Below are positions 47,901-56,523 of a stretch of DNA of 56,523 nt, piece after piece. The stretch comes from Pseudomonadota bacterium (GTDB taxonomy: Bacteria; Desulfobacterota; Desulfobacteria; Desulfobacterales; JBDRRP01): assembly GCA_043825735.1 (NCBI GenBank), contig JBDRRP010000083.1, positions 1 through 56,523 on the forward strand, given 5' to 3'. The notes under the pieces are model-generated. The model had not been told where the DNA came from. It saw only the letters and a program-made list of their open reading frames with translations, and did no database searches. The first letter of the stretch is position 1, and every line of letters begins with the position of its first letter. The translations under genes were made by a program, and so were the position numbers.

Positions 47901-49499
47901 GTGAAAAGCGAAAAAACCATACGCCCGGCCGGAAAGAAAAGTCAATCCGCCCAAAACGCGCCGTCTCCCGGCCGCGTGGCCGAATTGTTCGCCCGCTGCG
48001 GCATTGCGCTTGCGCCGGCTCAGCGAGATATGCTCTGGACCTACCACCTGATGCTGCGCGAAGCCAATGTTGAACTCAATCTCACCCGCATCCACAATTT
48101 TGAAAGCATGGTGCTCAAGCTCTATGTGGACAGCGTGCTGCCGGCCACGCTCACCGAGCTGCCCTCTCCCCTGATGGATCTTGGCTCCGGCCCCGGCATG
48201 CCCGGCGTGCCGCTCAAAATCTACCGGCCGGATATCGACATCCGGCTGGCCGAAACCCGTAGCGTGAGAAACCGGTTTCTCGAAAACGTCGCCCGTGATC
48301 TGGGGCTGGCCGGTCTGAGCGTGGTGGGCCACGGTATCTCCCCGGCCGATGAAGCGCCCGTCGCCGGAATCATCACCCGGGCCGTGGAACCCATGGCCGA
48401 TACGCTGGAGCGGGTCTCGGGGTGCCTGATCCAGGGCGGCCGGGTCATTTTCATGAAAGGCCCCGACTGCGACGCGGAGCTCGAAGACGCCCGCCGGCGC
48501 TTTGTCGGCGCCTACGATCTGGTTCAGGACACGGCCTACCGCATCCCCACCACGGACAACCAACGCCGGCTGGTGGTATTCCAGCGGATGGGTCAGCCCC
48601 GGTCCGTCCTTCGCTCGGCAGCGGCCAACCGCCATCGTTGCGTGGATATCGATAGCGCCGCCAACCCCCGGTTCAAGCAGTGGAAGGGACTGCTCACCGG
48701 CCGCGGCATCAAGAAGGCCGGCCAGGCCATCTTCAGCGGCGAGCGCATCGTGACCGATACCCTTGCAAGACATCCTGGCGCCTGCCGGGTGTGGATCTCC
48801 GCCGGAGACAATCAGCCGCCACCGGCATCGGCGTCCGAGGCTGTTGACTGGGCCCGCGTGGCACCGGCGCTTTTCAAGGATCTCGATATCTTCGGAACGC
48901 GCCACCCCCTGATCGTGGTAGACCTGCCGGACATGTCGGAGTGGTCGCCGGCGGAAGGGTTCTCTCCGGGCTGCAGCCTGCTGATCCCCTTTCAGGACCC
49001 TGAAAACGTGGGCACGGCCATTCGGTCGGCCGTGGCCTTCGGCGCGTCTGCGGTGATCCTTCTTGCCGAAAGCGCCCACCCCTTCCACCCCCGGGCCGTG
49101 CGCGCCTCAGCCGGTGCGGTTCTCTCCGCCCGGCTCTTCAGGGGCCCGTCCATTGCAGAGCTACCGCCGGATCTGCCGGTGGTGGGTCTTTCGGGCGATG
49201 GAAACCCTTTGAGAGATTTCAGCTTTCCACCGGCCTTCGGCCTGTTGCCCGGCCTGGAAGGCCCCGGCCTGCCCGACGCCTGGCGCCGCAGCGCGGTTTC
49301 CATCCCCATCTGCCCGGACGTGGAGTCCCTCAACGCCGCCACGGCCATCGCCATCGCCCTGTATACCTGGTCTCTGACTACCCGAGGATTGCCGCCAACT
49401 CCCGATACGACGCCGCAAATTCCGCGCGTCGGATCGCAACGGCCGCATGCTGCGGTTCGGCCTGAAGCCAGATCTCTTTATCCGTTTGGCCGCGGGTGA
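47901..49499 (+). CDS. rsmG: RsmG (GidB)-TrmH/SpoU methyltransferase fusion
   Basis: N-half: NLTRI, MDLGSGPGMPGVPL, TRAV, MKG. C-half: QDPENVGTAIRSA, GLEGPGL, VESLNAA. Confidence 0.85.
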   Translation: MKSEKTIRPAGKKSQSAQNAPSPGRVAELFARCGIALAPAQRDMLWTYHLMLREANVELNLTRIHNFESMVLKLYVDSVLPATLTELPSPLMDLGSGPGMPGVPLKIYRPDIDIRLAETRSVRNRFLENVARDLGLAGLSVVGHGISPADEAPVAGIITRAVEPMADTLERVSGCLIQGGRVIFMKGPDCDAELEDARRRFVGAYDLVQDTAYRIPTTDNQRRLVVFQRMGQPRSVLRSAAANRHRCVDIDSAANPRFKQWKGLLTGRGIKKAGQAIFSGERIVTDTLARHPGACRVWISAGDNQPPPASASEAVDWARVAPALFKDLDIFGTRHPLIVVDLPDMSEWSPAEGFSPGCSLLIPFQDPENVGTAIRSAVAFGASAVILLAESAHPFHPRAVRASAGAVLSARLFRGPSIAELPPDLPVVGLSGDGNPLRDFSFPPAFGLLPGLEGPGLPDAWRRSAVSIPICPDVESLNAATAIAIALYTWSLTTRGLPPTPDTTPQIPRVGSQRPHAAVRPEARSLYPFGRG

Positions 49500-51270
49500 T
49501 CGTCACGCAGCCGAGCAGATCCCGATCGGTCAGGCGATAGAGCGTATCGTCGCCGCCGGGGCTCATCCATGCCGGATTGCCCTGTTTCAGCCGGGCCACG
49601 AGGGACCGCCACTGGATCGTGCGCCCGGCGTTCAGGCTGGCCTGGAGCAGGGTCCGCTCCCCGTTGGGCCGAAAAATCGCACCTGCGGGCAAATCCTGCA
49701 GAACCGTCTCATCATTGTCCATGACAACGACATGGACCGCAGTCAGCTTTTCCGCCTCGTCCTCGAAAAAAGGCACCAGACAAATCGGTGACGGTGCCGG
49801 CGACAGAAGGGAGCCGCTGAGATATGCGGCAGCGCTCACGCCCATTCCCACGAGGACCCCGTGTCCCATGAGCAGCGGGCTGATCGTTTCAAGAAACGGC
49901 TGCGCCATGGGCTGCGTTCGGACCAGATCGATCGCGACCAGCAGAATCTGAACGCCGGCCCCGGCAATCAGCGCGGCCATGGCGCCTTCTGTTGTCCCCC
50001 GCTTCCAGAAAATCCCCCCCATCAGGGGGAAAAAACAGGCGGCGCTGGCGATAAAGGTGGCGATATGGATGGCATCGATGATGCTGTTGATGAAAAAAGA
50101 GGCTGCCGTGGCAGACAGGATGATGATCAGCACGCTGACCCGGTTGGCCGTGAGCATCTGGCCCATGGTGGCATCGGGCCGAATGAACCGCTGGTAGATA
50201 TCCCGCGACAGGCACGATGCGCCGGAAGCGGCGAAGGTATCGGCGCATGACATGGCCGCCGCCGCCAGACCGATGGCGGTCAGGGCCACCACAAACGGCG
50301 AAAACCGGCCGCTGGTGATAAAATCGAGCAGCGCCGGCTCGGCCCTGGCCATCCCCGAGGGAAACCCCATGGCCGCGATCTCCGGATAGATCCGGTTGAG
50401 GCTGACGGCGATGACGGCGCAGGCGGAAAAAACCACGGCGATCAGGAGTGCGCCGAGGATCATTCCGGTGCGGGCCGCCGAGACGTTTCTAGCCGCCCAG
50501 ACCCGCTGCCAGGGGTCCTGCTCCGTAATCCATCCCGGAATAATGGACAAAGAAAAGATCAGCGCCACCGGGATGCCCACCGACAGCGGATTCCACCATC
50601 CGCCGGGGACGGTTCCGAGCAGGGCGGCAAATGAAAGCGTTTCTCCAGCAGCGGTCGGCATCGTCGTGGCGGCATCCACCGCGGCAAACGCCATGGCGAT
50701 GGCAAATATCGCCAGCAGCAGATATTGCAGAAAATCGGTCCACACCACTGCCGAAAAACCGCCGAGGGTCACATAGACCGACACGGCCAGCGCCACGATA
50801 GCTGCCGCCCACACCGGATTCACCCCGTAGTAGACCTGCAGGACAAACGCAAAGCCCTTGATGTCGGCCACAGCGAAAAGGATCATGACGACGGTGATGA
50901 TCACGGCCACCGGCGCTCGAAGGGCCGAAGCGTAGCGCTGCTCCAACAGTTCGGGCTGCGTGATGGCGGGCAGCCGCTTCAGGCGCTTTACAAACAGGGC
51001 GATGAGAAGCAGCGCCAGGATGTTGGGAGCCACGAACCCCCAGATCGAGCCCATGCCGGTGAGCATGAAAAACCCGATGACCGCCAGCATCGCGCCGGCG
51101 GTGAGCCATGAGGCGGCGGCTGAGAACCCCGTGTTGGCCGCGCCGATCTTGCGGCCCGCCAGCCAGAAATCCGTTACGGACTGCCGGCGCCCGTTGAAAT
51201 GGAGCCCGATACCCACCAGCGTGCCAAGGTAAACCACCAACAGCATCAGAAACATATAAAACCCGTTCAT
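49378..51270 (-). CDS. Sodium:solute symporter (SSS) under cobalamin riboswitch control
   Basis: DFWLAGR, TLGGFSAVVWTD, QRVWAAR, AAAMSCADT. AGGAG RBS. Confidence 0.9.
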   Translation of the reverse strand: MNGFYMFLMLLVVYLGTLVGIGLHFNGRRQSVTDFWLAGRKIGAANTGFSAAASWLTAGAMLAVIGFFMLTGMGSIWGFVAPNILALLLIALFVKRLKRLPAITQPELLEQRYASALRAPVAVIITVVMILFAVADIKGFAFVLQVYYGVNPVWAAAIVALAVSVYVTLGGFSAVVWTDFLQYLLLAIFAIAMAFAAVDAATTMPTAAGETLSFAALLGTVPGGWWNPLSVGIPVALIFSLSIIPGWITEQDPWQRVWAARNVSAARTGMILGALLIAVVFSACAVIAVSLNRIYPEIAAMGFPSGMARAEPALLDFITSGRFSPFVVALTAIGLAAAAMSCADTFAASGASCLSRDIYQRFIRPDATMGQMLTANRVSVLIIILSATAASFFINSIIDAIHIATFIASAACFFPLMGGIFWKRGTTEGAMAALIAGAGVQILLVAIDLVRTQPMAQPFLETISPLLMGHGVLVGMGVSAAAYLSGSLLSPAPSPICLVPFFEDEAEKLTAVHVVVMDNDETVLQDLPAGAIFRPNGERTLLQASLNAGRTIQWRSLVARLKQGNPAWMSPGGDDTLYRLTDRDLLGCVTITRGQTDKEIWLQAEPQHAAVAIRRAEFAASYRELAAILG

Positions 51271-51281
51271 AACGACTCCTT

Positions 51282-51322
51282 AAAAATAAAAAACCCGGAA
51301 CCGACGACATCGTCGGCCCGGG
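51282..51322 (-). terminator. Intrinsic terminator (riboswitch expression platform)
   Basis: Minus strand CCCGGGCCGACG-atgt-CGTCGGTTCCGGG followed by TTTTTTATTTT, just before the RBS. Confidence 0.8.
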
Positions 51323-51355
51323 GATTTACCGTCTCCACAGGGGTTCACTTACGGA

Positions 51356-51577
51356 GTATTCGGCAGGTCTTCTGACTCGTGCATCACCCTACTCACCTGG
51401 CCTTCCCGGGGCGCTCGCGTCAACGTCGTTGGCACCCCAGTGGCAACTTCAGGCTTTCGTCCGCACTTACAGCGGCGGGTCCGTGCCGGAATTTCACCGG
51501 CTTCCCTCTTCGGGTCCGCGCACGGCGCGTCATCGCGCCCGGGCGGCCCCGCGGCTCCTGCTACAGGAACCGAATAC
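51356..51577 (-). ncRNA. Cobalamin (AdoCbl) riboswitch
   Basis: Minus strand AAGAGGGAAGCCGGTGAAATTCCGGCACGGACCCGCCGCTGTAA..GCCACTG..GGGAAGG..AGTCAGAAGACCTGCC. P1 GTATTCGG/CCGAATAC. Confidence 0.95.
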
Positions 51578-51706
51578 CTGTTTCATTTGGAGGTCGATCT
51601 AGCACAAGCTCGGCCCCATGTCAACGATTGCGGATCCTTGCGCCTCGATTGCGGGAAGTACTGCAACCGGCGCATGGCGGATCAGGGACAAAATAATTGC
51701 CAACAC

Positions 51707-51746
51707 CCGTTACCGATAGCGATACCGATCCCGATAGCGATTTCGA
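51707..51746. repeat. 6-nt periodic (SCGATW) intergenic repeat
   Basis: CCGTTA CCGATA GCGATA CCGATC CCGATA GCGATT TCGA. Confidence 0.7.
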
Positions 51747-51804
51747 AGAACGGCGCGTTTTGCGGCAACATAGGGTTACTGGAGCTTCATAGAGAAGCGA
51801 AAAA

Positions 51805-52365
51805 TCATATTCGAAGAAAATACTCGTGAAATACACTGTCATCGGAGAGTTCAGGGTGGAAGGTGGTGGCCATGAGGGCGCCGGCCACGAGAAAGACGGG
51901 GTCATCGCCCCGGCGCGCCAGAATGTCAACGCCATTGTCCACTGCCGTCACCCGTGGCGCCCGGATGAACATGGCCGGAAAACCGGGGCGGTTCAGCGCC
52001 GGAATATCGATGGGGTACTCGTCACTGGCGTCCTGCCGGCCATAGGCGTTTCTCACCACGGTCATGGGCATGGCCTGGAGCACGCCGGGGCAACCGTCCA
52101 CGCGCTGGGCCAGGAGAATGGCGCCGGCACAGATGCCCCAGGCGGGCATGCCCGCGGCCAGGCGCTCGCGCAAAGGGGCGGTCATCGCAAAGCGTTCCAA
52201 AAACTTGGCCATCACCGTGCTCTCACCGCCGGGGATGATGAGTCGCTCGATGCCGGCAAGATCGCCCGGCTCACGCACCCAGCGCCAGGGGGCGCCCAGG
52301 GCGGCCAGATGACGGCCGTGTTCCTGGATGGCCCCCTGCAGTCCCAGCACACCGGTCGTCATCAC
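51805..52365 (-). CDS. pdxT: PLP synthase glutaminase subunit
   Basis: GVLGLQG, IPGGEST, GICAG, RNAYGRQ, FIRAP, FHPEL. Confidence 0.95.
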   Translation of the reverse strand: MMTTGVLGLQGAIQEHGRHLAALGAPWRWVREPGDLAGIERLIIPGGESTVMAKFLERFAMTAPLRERLAAGMPAWGICAGAILLAQRVDGCPGVLQAMPMTVVRNAYGRQDASDEYPIDIPALNRPGFPAMFIRAPRVTAVDNGVDILARRGDDPVFLVAGALMATTFHPELSDDSVFHEYFLRI

Positions 52366-53231
52366 ACGCCGCGCTCGGCCATCCGGGTTTCAATGGCCTT
52401 TATCTCGACGCCGGTCATGGCCTTGCCGAGGTTCTTGGAGACCGCCACCAGTTTTTCAGGATTCTCCCAGTGGATCACCGCCTGAACGATGGCCTCGGCC
52501 ATGCGTTGAGGCTGCTCGGATTTAAAGACCCCTGAGCCCACGAAGACGCCGTCCACGCCCAGCGCCATAAGCAGCGCCGCATCGGCCGGCGTGGCGATGC
52601 CGCCGGCGGCAAAATTCACCACGGTAAAGCGCCCGCGCTCGGCCGTATCGAGAAGCAGCTGCAAAGGCACCCGGTACTCCGCGGCTTTGGCTGCCAGAGC
52701 CGGCGCATCCATCCCTTTCAGGGCGGCGATTTCCCGGTTGACGGCGCGCATATGGCGCACCGCTTCAACCACATTGCCCGTGCCGGCCTCGCCCTTGGTG
52801 CGCAACATGGCCGCACCCTCGTTGAGGCGGCGCAATCCCTCGCCCAGGTTGCGCGCCCCGCAGACAAAAGGCACCCGGAAAACAGTCTTGTCCACATGGC
52901 GCTCTTCATCGGCCGGGGTGAGCACTTCACTCTCGTCGATGAAATCGACCCCCAGTGCGTCCAGGATGCGCGCTTCCATAAAGTGGCCGATGCGCACCTT
53001 GGCCATGACCGGAATGCTTACCGCCGCCATGATCGCTTCGATCATGGCCGGATCGCTCATGCGGGCCACCTCGTTGGAACGGCGGATATCGGACGGCACC
53101 CGCTCCAGGGCCATGACGGCGCAGGCGCCCGCCCCTTCTGCGATACGGGCGTCCTCAGGAGTGGTCACATCCATGATCACCCCGTTTTTAAACATTTCGG
53201 CAAAACCCTTGTTGATACGTTCTCTGCTCAT
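52362..53231 (-). CDS. pdxS: PLP synthase lyase subunit
   Basis: [53 protein letters not shown]. Confidence 0.97.
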   Translation of the reverse strand: MSRERINKGFAEMFKNGVIMDVTTPEDARIAEGAGACAVMALERVPSDIRRSNEVARMSDPAMIEAIMAAVSIPVMAKVRIGHFMEARILDALGVDFIDESEVLTPADEERHVDKTVFRVPFVCGARNLGEGLRRLNEGAAMLRTKGEAGTGNVVEAVRHMRAVNREIAALKGMDAPALAAKAAEYRVPLQLLLDTAERGRFTVVNFAAGGIATPADAALLMALGVDGVFVGSGVFKSEQPQRMAEAIVQAVIHWENPEKLVAVSKNLGKAMTGVEIKAIETRMAERGV

Positions 53232-53345
53232 GAGCGACCTTCCTTTTTGCCCCTGACGAGGCGAGTGTGATATAAAAGAAATAAAACAAAAACTCGATGA
53301 CAATTGGAGTAGTACAATTCACACAATGTCCTATATTTGTCAAGT

Positions 53346-54626
53346 ATGACATCACCAGAATCGCTATATCGGAGCATTGCCGGCGATCTGCGGGAGCGCA
53401 TCCGCCAAGGCCGCTATGCGCCGGGCCAGCGCATCCCTTCCGTCCGCGGCATCGCCGCCGACTACGGCTGCAACAAAATCACCGTGCAGAAGGCATTCGA
53501 TCTGCTCTCGCTGGAAGGATATCTGGAAAAACGGGTGGGCAGCGGCTCCTACGTCAGATACCCCGAGCACATGGAAATCGCCGGCGAGGTCTTCGATCTG
53601 ACCACCTCCTACCTGTGTCCGGCGTTTTTCCCCCACCGCCAGGCCAAGGAAATTATGTCGGCACTGATCGACACGGAGGGGGGCGAGGCCTTCGGCGCCG
53701 TACCGGTGGAGGGCGAGCCAGGGCTCATGGCCAGCCTCGGCCGCCACTACCACCTGGCCACACGGCAGATGCTGATCATATCCGGCGCCCAGCAGGGCCT
53801 GGATTTGACGGCAAAAGTGTTCGCCACACGAATTTCCGAATCGGTGATGTTTGAAAACCCCACCTATCCCGGCGCGATCAACCTCTTCAAACCAAGGCAT
53901 TTCGTCCCCATGGGCGCTGACGGACCGGACATGGCCGCATTCGAGAACCTGATCTCCGAGGACATCCGGCTGTTTTATGCGATGCCGGCGGTTCACAACC
54001 CCACCGGGATCTCCTACATCCCGGAAAAGATGACTGCCGTGGCCCGGCTGGCGGAAAAACATGAATTTACCATCATCGAAGACGACTACCTCTCCGAATT
54101 CGTAGACGATCCTACGCCGCGGTTCGTTGATCTCATCCCCGCGCGCACCATCTACATAAAATCCCTCTCCCAAACGACGGCGGCAGGCATTCGCCTAGGG
54201 TTCATGATTGTTCCAGAGTCCCTCTACGACCGCTTTCGTCAAGCCAAATTTTCTTCCGACATCGGATCTGCCGGGCTGCTGCAAAAGTTCTTCCGTCGCT
54301 TTGTGGACACCGGCGCCTACGCCCGCACCATCGACACCATGCGCGCCTTGACGGATCGGCGCCGAAAGCGAATCATCGAGCGACTCTACGACATCGACGG
54401 TCTCAGCATCGCCCTTCCCCAGAGCGGCTACAATCTCTGGGTGGAAAGCAACCGCGAACTGCCCGCCACCGGTATGCCCTGGGCCAGTGGCGAGCGCTTC
54501 TCCTTTGACCCGGCCATGCGCCGGCGCTTTCGCCTGTCCTTCATGCATCTGGAAGACGACACCTTCGAAAAAGCCCTCGCCTACCTCAAAACGCTCCTTG
54601 AGCGCCTGCTTGCCAAAGACGCGTGA
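53346..54626 (+). CDS. MocR/GntR-family regulator, PdxR-like
   Basis: wHTH (PSVR, GSGSYV) plus AAT-fold domain (GAQQGL, ENPTY, HNPTG, IIEDDY). Divergent from pdxS. Confidence 0.9.
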   Translation: MTSPESLYRSIAGDLRERIRQGRYAPGQRIPSVRGIAADYGCNKITVQKAFDLLSLEGYLEKRVGSGSYVRYPEHMEIAGEVFDLTTSYLCPAFFPHRQAKEIMSALIDTEGGEAFGAVPVEGEPGLMASLGRHYHLATRQMLIISGAQQGLDLTAKVFATRISESVMFENPTYPGAINLFKPRHFVPMGADGPDMAAFENLISEDIRLFYAMPAVHNPTGISYIPEKMTAVARLAEKHEFTIIEDDYLSEFVDDPTPRFVDLIPARTIYIKSLSQTTAAGIRLGFMIVPESLYDRFRQAKFSSDIGSAGLLQKFFRRFVDTGAYARTIDTMRALTDRRRKRIIERLYDIDGLSIALPQSGYNLWVESNRELPATGMPWASGERFSFDPAMRRRFRLSFMHLEDDTFEKALAYLKTLLERLLAKDA

Positions 54627-54694
54627 GGACGCCACGCGCCATAAAAAGTGATTTTGCTTATGCACTATTCTCCAATTGAGGTTCTGGCTGTTTC

Positions 54695-54820
54695 GTAGGG
54701 GAGGGGTGTTCATCCCCTCCCGCAATCAGCTAAGATGACCTCAACCGTTTTTTACACCGAGCACGGGCGGGGATCAGCCTTTGCCAAGGCTACGGCGGAC
54801 CGGTAAACCCCGCACCCTAC
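54695..54820. repeat. GTAG-type REP pair, one copy interrupted by a 30-nt insert
   Basis: GTAGGGGAGGGGTGTTCATCCCCTCCC and GGGCGGGGAT[54775-54804]AAACCCCGCACCCTAC. Confidence 0.7.
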
Positions 54821-54965
54821 ACGGTTTAGTGACCCCCGACGCCCATATGGAATGCCGCGGTGGGCGCTTCGATGCAATGATAAATTTTATTTTCAAACAG
54901 CACCTGCCCATTCACTGAAGAATAGTGAGCCTTTCTGCATTCAATTCTCTTGACATCTTATAAAA

Positions 54966-55000
54966 AATAAATGAACAGATGGTTTTCCTGTTCATTTATT
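54966..55000. promoter_or_regulatory. Putative TetR operator
   Basis: Perfect 13-bp arms AATAAATGAACAG-N9-CTGTTCATTTATT, between a TTGACA (54950) and the TetR ATG. Confidence 0.7.
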
Positions 55001-55005
55001 GTTTT

Positions 55006-55605
55006 ATGAAACCAAAAATCGACATCGACGACATCTACCGTGCGGCCCTTGGGGTTTTTGCCGAGTACGGGTTCAAAAAGGCGACACTGGATGACATCGC
55101 CGCCCGCCTCGGCATGACCAAAGGCAACCTCTACCGCTACGCCAGAAACAAGAAGGACCTCTACGAGCAGACAGCGCGCCACGCCCTGCTGCGCTGGCAG
55201 AGCCGGGTGAGAGAAGCCGTATCCGCCGAAACCGACCCGGCCGCGCAGTTTCTCACCATGAGCCGCACGGCCGTGGATATCCTGGCCGGAGAAGCCGACC
55301 TGCGCCGTCTGCTGGTGAGAGATCCCGACATCTTCCCCATGTTCCCCACTGCCGATCCCTACGCAGACATCAACGCCAACTCGGTTGACATGATCCGGGA
55401 CATCCTCGCACAGGGCATTGCCGAGGGACGATTCCGCCCGGTGGATCTTAACACGGTGCCGGAAATCCTTTTTTCCATCTATAAAATGTTCATTATCCGC
55501 ATGTACCTTCAGTCCGGCGATCCGTCGGTCCAGGAGATGTTCGCCCAGACCGTGGCGCTGATGACCCGAGGGTTGTTCGTTGACACAAATGGCGCAGGAG
55601 ACTGA
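55006..55605 (+). CDS. TetR/AcrR family transcriptional regulator
   Basis: F...GFKKATLDDIA..LGMTKGNLYRY..NKKDLY HTH. Confidence 0.92.
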   Translation: MKPKIDIDDIYRAALGVFAEYGFKKATLDDIAARLGMTKGNLYRYARNKKDLYEQTARHALLRWQSRVREAVSAETDPAAQFLTMSRTAVDILAGEADLRRLLVRDPDIFPMFPTADPYADINANSVDMIRDILAQGIAEGRFRPVDLNTVPEILFSIYKMFIIRMYLQSGDPSVQEMFAQTVALMTRGLFVDTNGAGD

Positions 55606-55636
55606 GCCAAGAAGGTCTCAACGAAGTAAAAACCTG

Positions 55637-55857
55637 TTCTCGCGCAGAGACGCAAAGACGCAGAGAACTGCATGTTGAGAAACTGAAATCGTGGCGAGCA
55701 TAAACGAAAAACGGCAATTTATATTTCGGCCTCATGCCGCGATCAACAACCGTTGCGCCGGCAACTTGGGTTTTCGCCTGGAACCCTGCACAAAGTACAG
55801 GGTTTAAAGGTAATTAATAGTGGCAGTTCTCTGCGCCTCGGCGCCTCTGCGCGAAAA
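55637..55857. repeat. Periodic-unit inverted repeat element (long spacer)
   Basis: TCGCGCAGAGACGCAAAGACGCAGAGAACTGC / GCAGTTCTCTGCGCCTCGGCGCCTCTGCGCGA. Confidence 0.8.
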
Positions 55858-55961
55858 CCGGCTTTTGATTGCGGTCGGCCGCGCAATGTTCTCCGCGGCG
55901 ATGTAAATCCTGAACGACTAACGCTGACTGTTGTTAAAAATATTAGCGCAAGGAGACAACC

Positions 55962-56363
55962 ATGAGCGGAAACGTGCAGTACCTGACCCCCGCATGGCGG
56001 GACGAGGCCGAGCGGCGCCTTACGGCGGAGCTCAGCCCCGAACGGATGAATCACATCACCTCATCCATGAGCAACATCTACACGGCGTGTCCCGACGGCA
56101 AGGATAAATTCCTTTTCTTCCGCTTCCAGGAGGGCCGCTTTGCCGAGCTCATCCTGGGGGAAGGAGAGCCGCCCGGCGCCGAGTTCAGGATCACGGGCAC
56201 CTACGACACTTTCGCCAAAATTTCCCGGGCGGAGCTGGGATCACAAAAGGCGCTCATGACGGGCAAACTCAAACTCAAGGGCAATATGATCAAGGCCCTC
56301 AAGCTGGCCGCCATCGCCGACCGGCTCAACAAGGTGCTGTCGGCGATTCCGGCGACCTATTAA
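55962..56363 (+). CDS. SCP2 sterol/lipid-binding domain protein
   Basis: ALMTGKLKLKGNMIKALKL SCP2 signature. AAGGAG RBS. Confidence 0.88.
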   Translation: MSGNVQYLTPAWRDEAERRLTAELSPERMNHITSSMSNIYTACPDGKDKFLFFRFQEGRFAELILGEGEPPGAEFRITGTYDTFAKISRAELGSQKALMTGKLKLKGNMIKALKLAAIADRLNKVLSAIPATY

Positions 56364-56439
56364 TCGCAACACCCGTTCGACTCTGGGGGGATGCGGGCGG
56401 GGAAAAAACCCCCCCCAACACAACAAGGTAACTATGAAC

Positions 56440-56468
56440 GTAGGGGCGGGGTTTATACCCCCCAGCCG
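56440..56468. repeat. GTAG-type REP element
   Basis: GTAGGGGCGGGGTTTATACCCCCAGCC. Confidence 0.65.
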
Positions 56469-56523
56469 AAGAAAAAATATGGCAACCCCAAACAACAAAA
56501 GATGCAACACACAAGACAACAAC

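Noticed and set aside
47883..49088. 400-aa N-terminal extension of the RluA ORF (656 aa in the ORF track)
   Set aside because: Antisense to the RsmG-TrmH gene. RluA homology starts near 47882.
1..56523. tRNA, rRNA, integrase, transposase, reverse transcriptase or prophage genes
   Set aside because: None recognised by eye. A tRNAscan or HMM run would be needed to exclude them formally.

Overview
A ~56.5 kb chromosomal window, GC-rich in most coding regions, most consistent with a sulfate-reducing Desulfobacterota (Desulfobacterales-like; inferred from gene content). Its core is a ~16 kb redox and signalling block (11.6-27.9 kb). This block holds two PAS sigma54 activators with the OrpR-type CX8CX3C motif, a NifB/NifX-family protein, a heme c-motif sensor kinase, two hybrid kinases, and a sigma54-driven operon (hypothetical-usp-REC-tmcDCBA-REC) encoding the Tmc transmembrane electron-transfer complex. 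Other genes include surE, a CCC/SLC12-like transporter, Fic, corA, lnt, prfB (+1 frameshift), a TPP-riboswitch ABC transporter, RluA, an RsmG-TrmH fusion, a cobalamin-riboswitch Na+/solute symporter, pdxST with a divergent MocR regulator, TetR and SCP2. Several features are hidden from the ORF track. (1) A 67-aa selenoprotein read through an in-frame UGA with a SECIS-like hairpin (7340-7543, minus strand). (2) A decayed integrase-less integron cassette array (42.58-45.45 kb) with attC relics, a group IIC intron 3' relic and a nucleotidyltransferase TA-like pair. (3) At least nine intergenic inverted-repeat elements built from 8-9 nt periodic units, plus other REP-like families, one nested inside another. 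(4) An unassigned ~150 nt multi-stem RNA candidate behind a boxA-like motif near the window start. No rRNA, tRNA, CRISPR array, integrase or transposase was seen. All family assignments come from motif recognition, not database searches.
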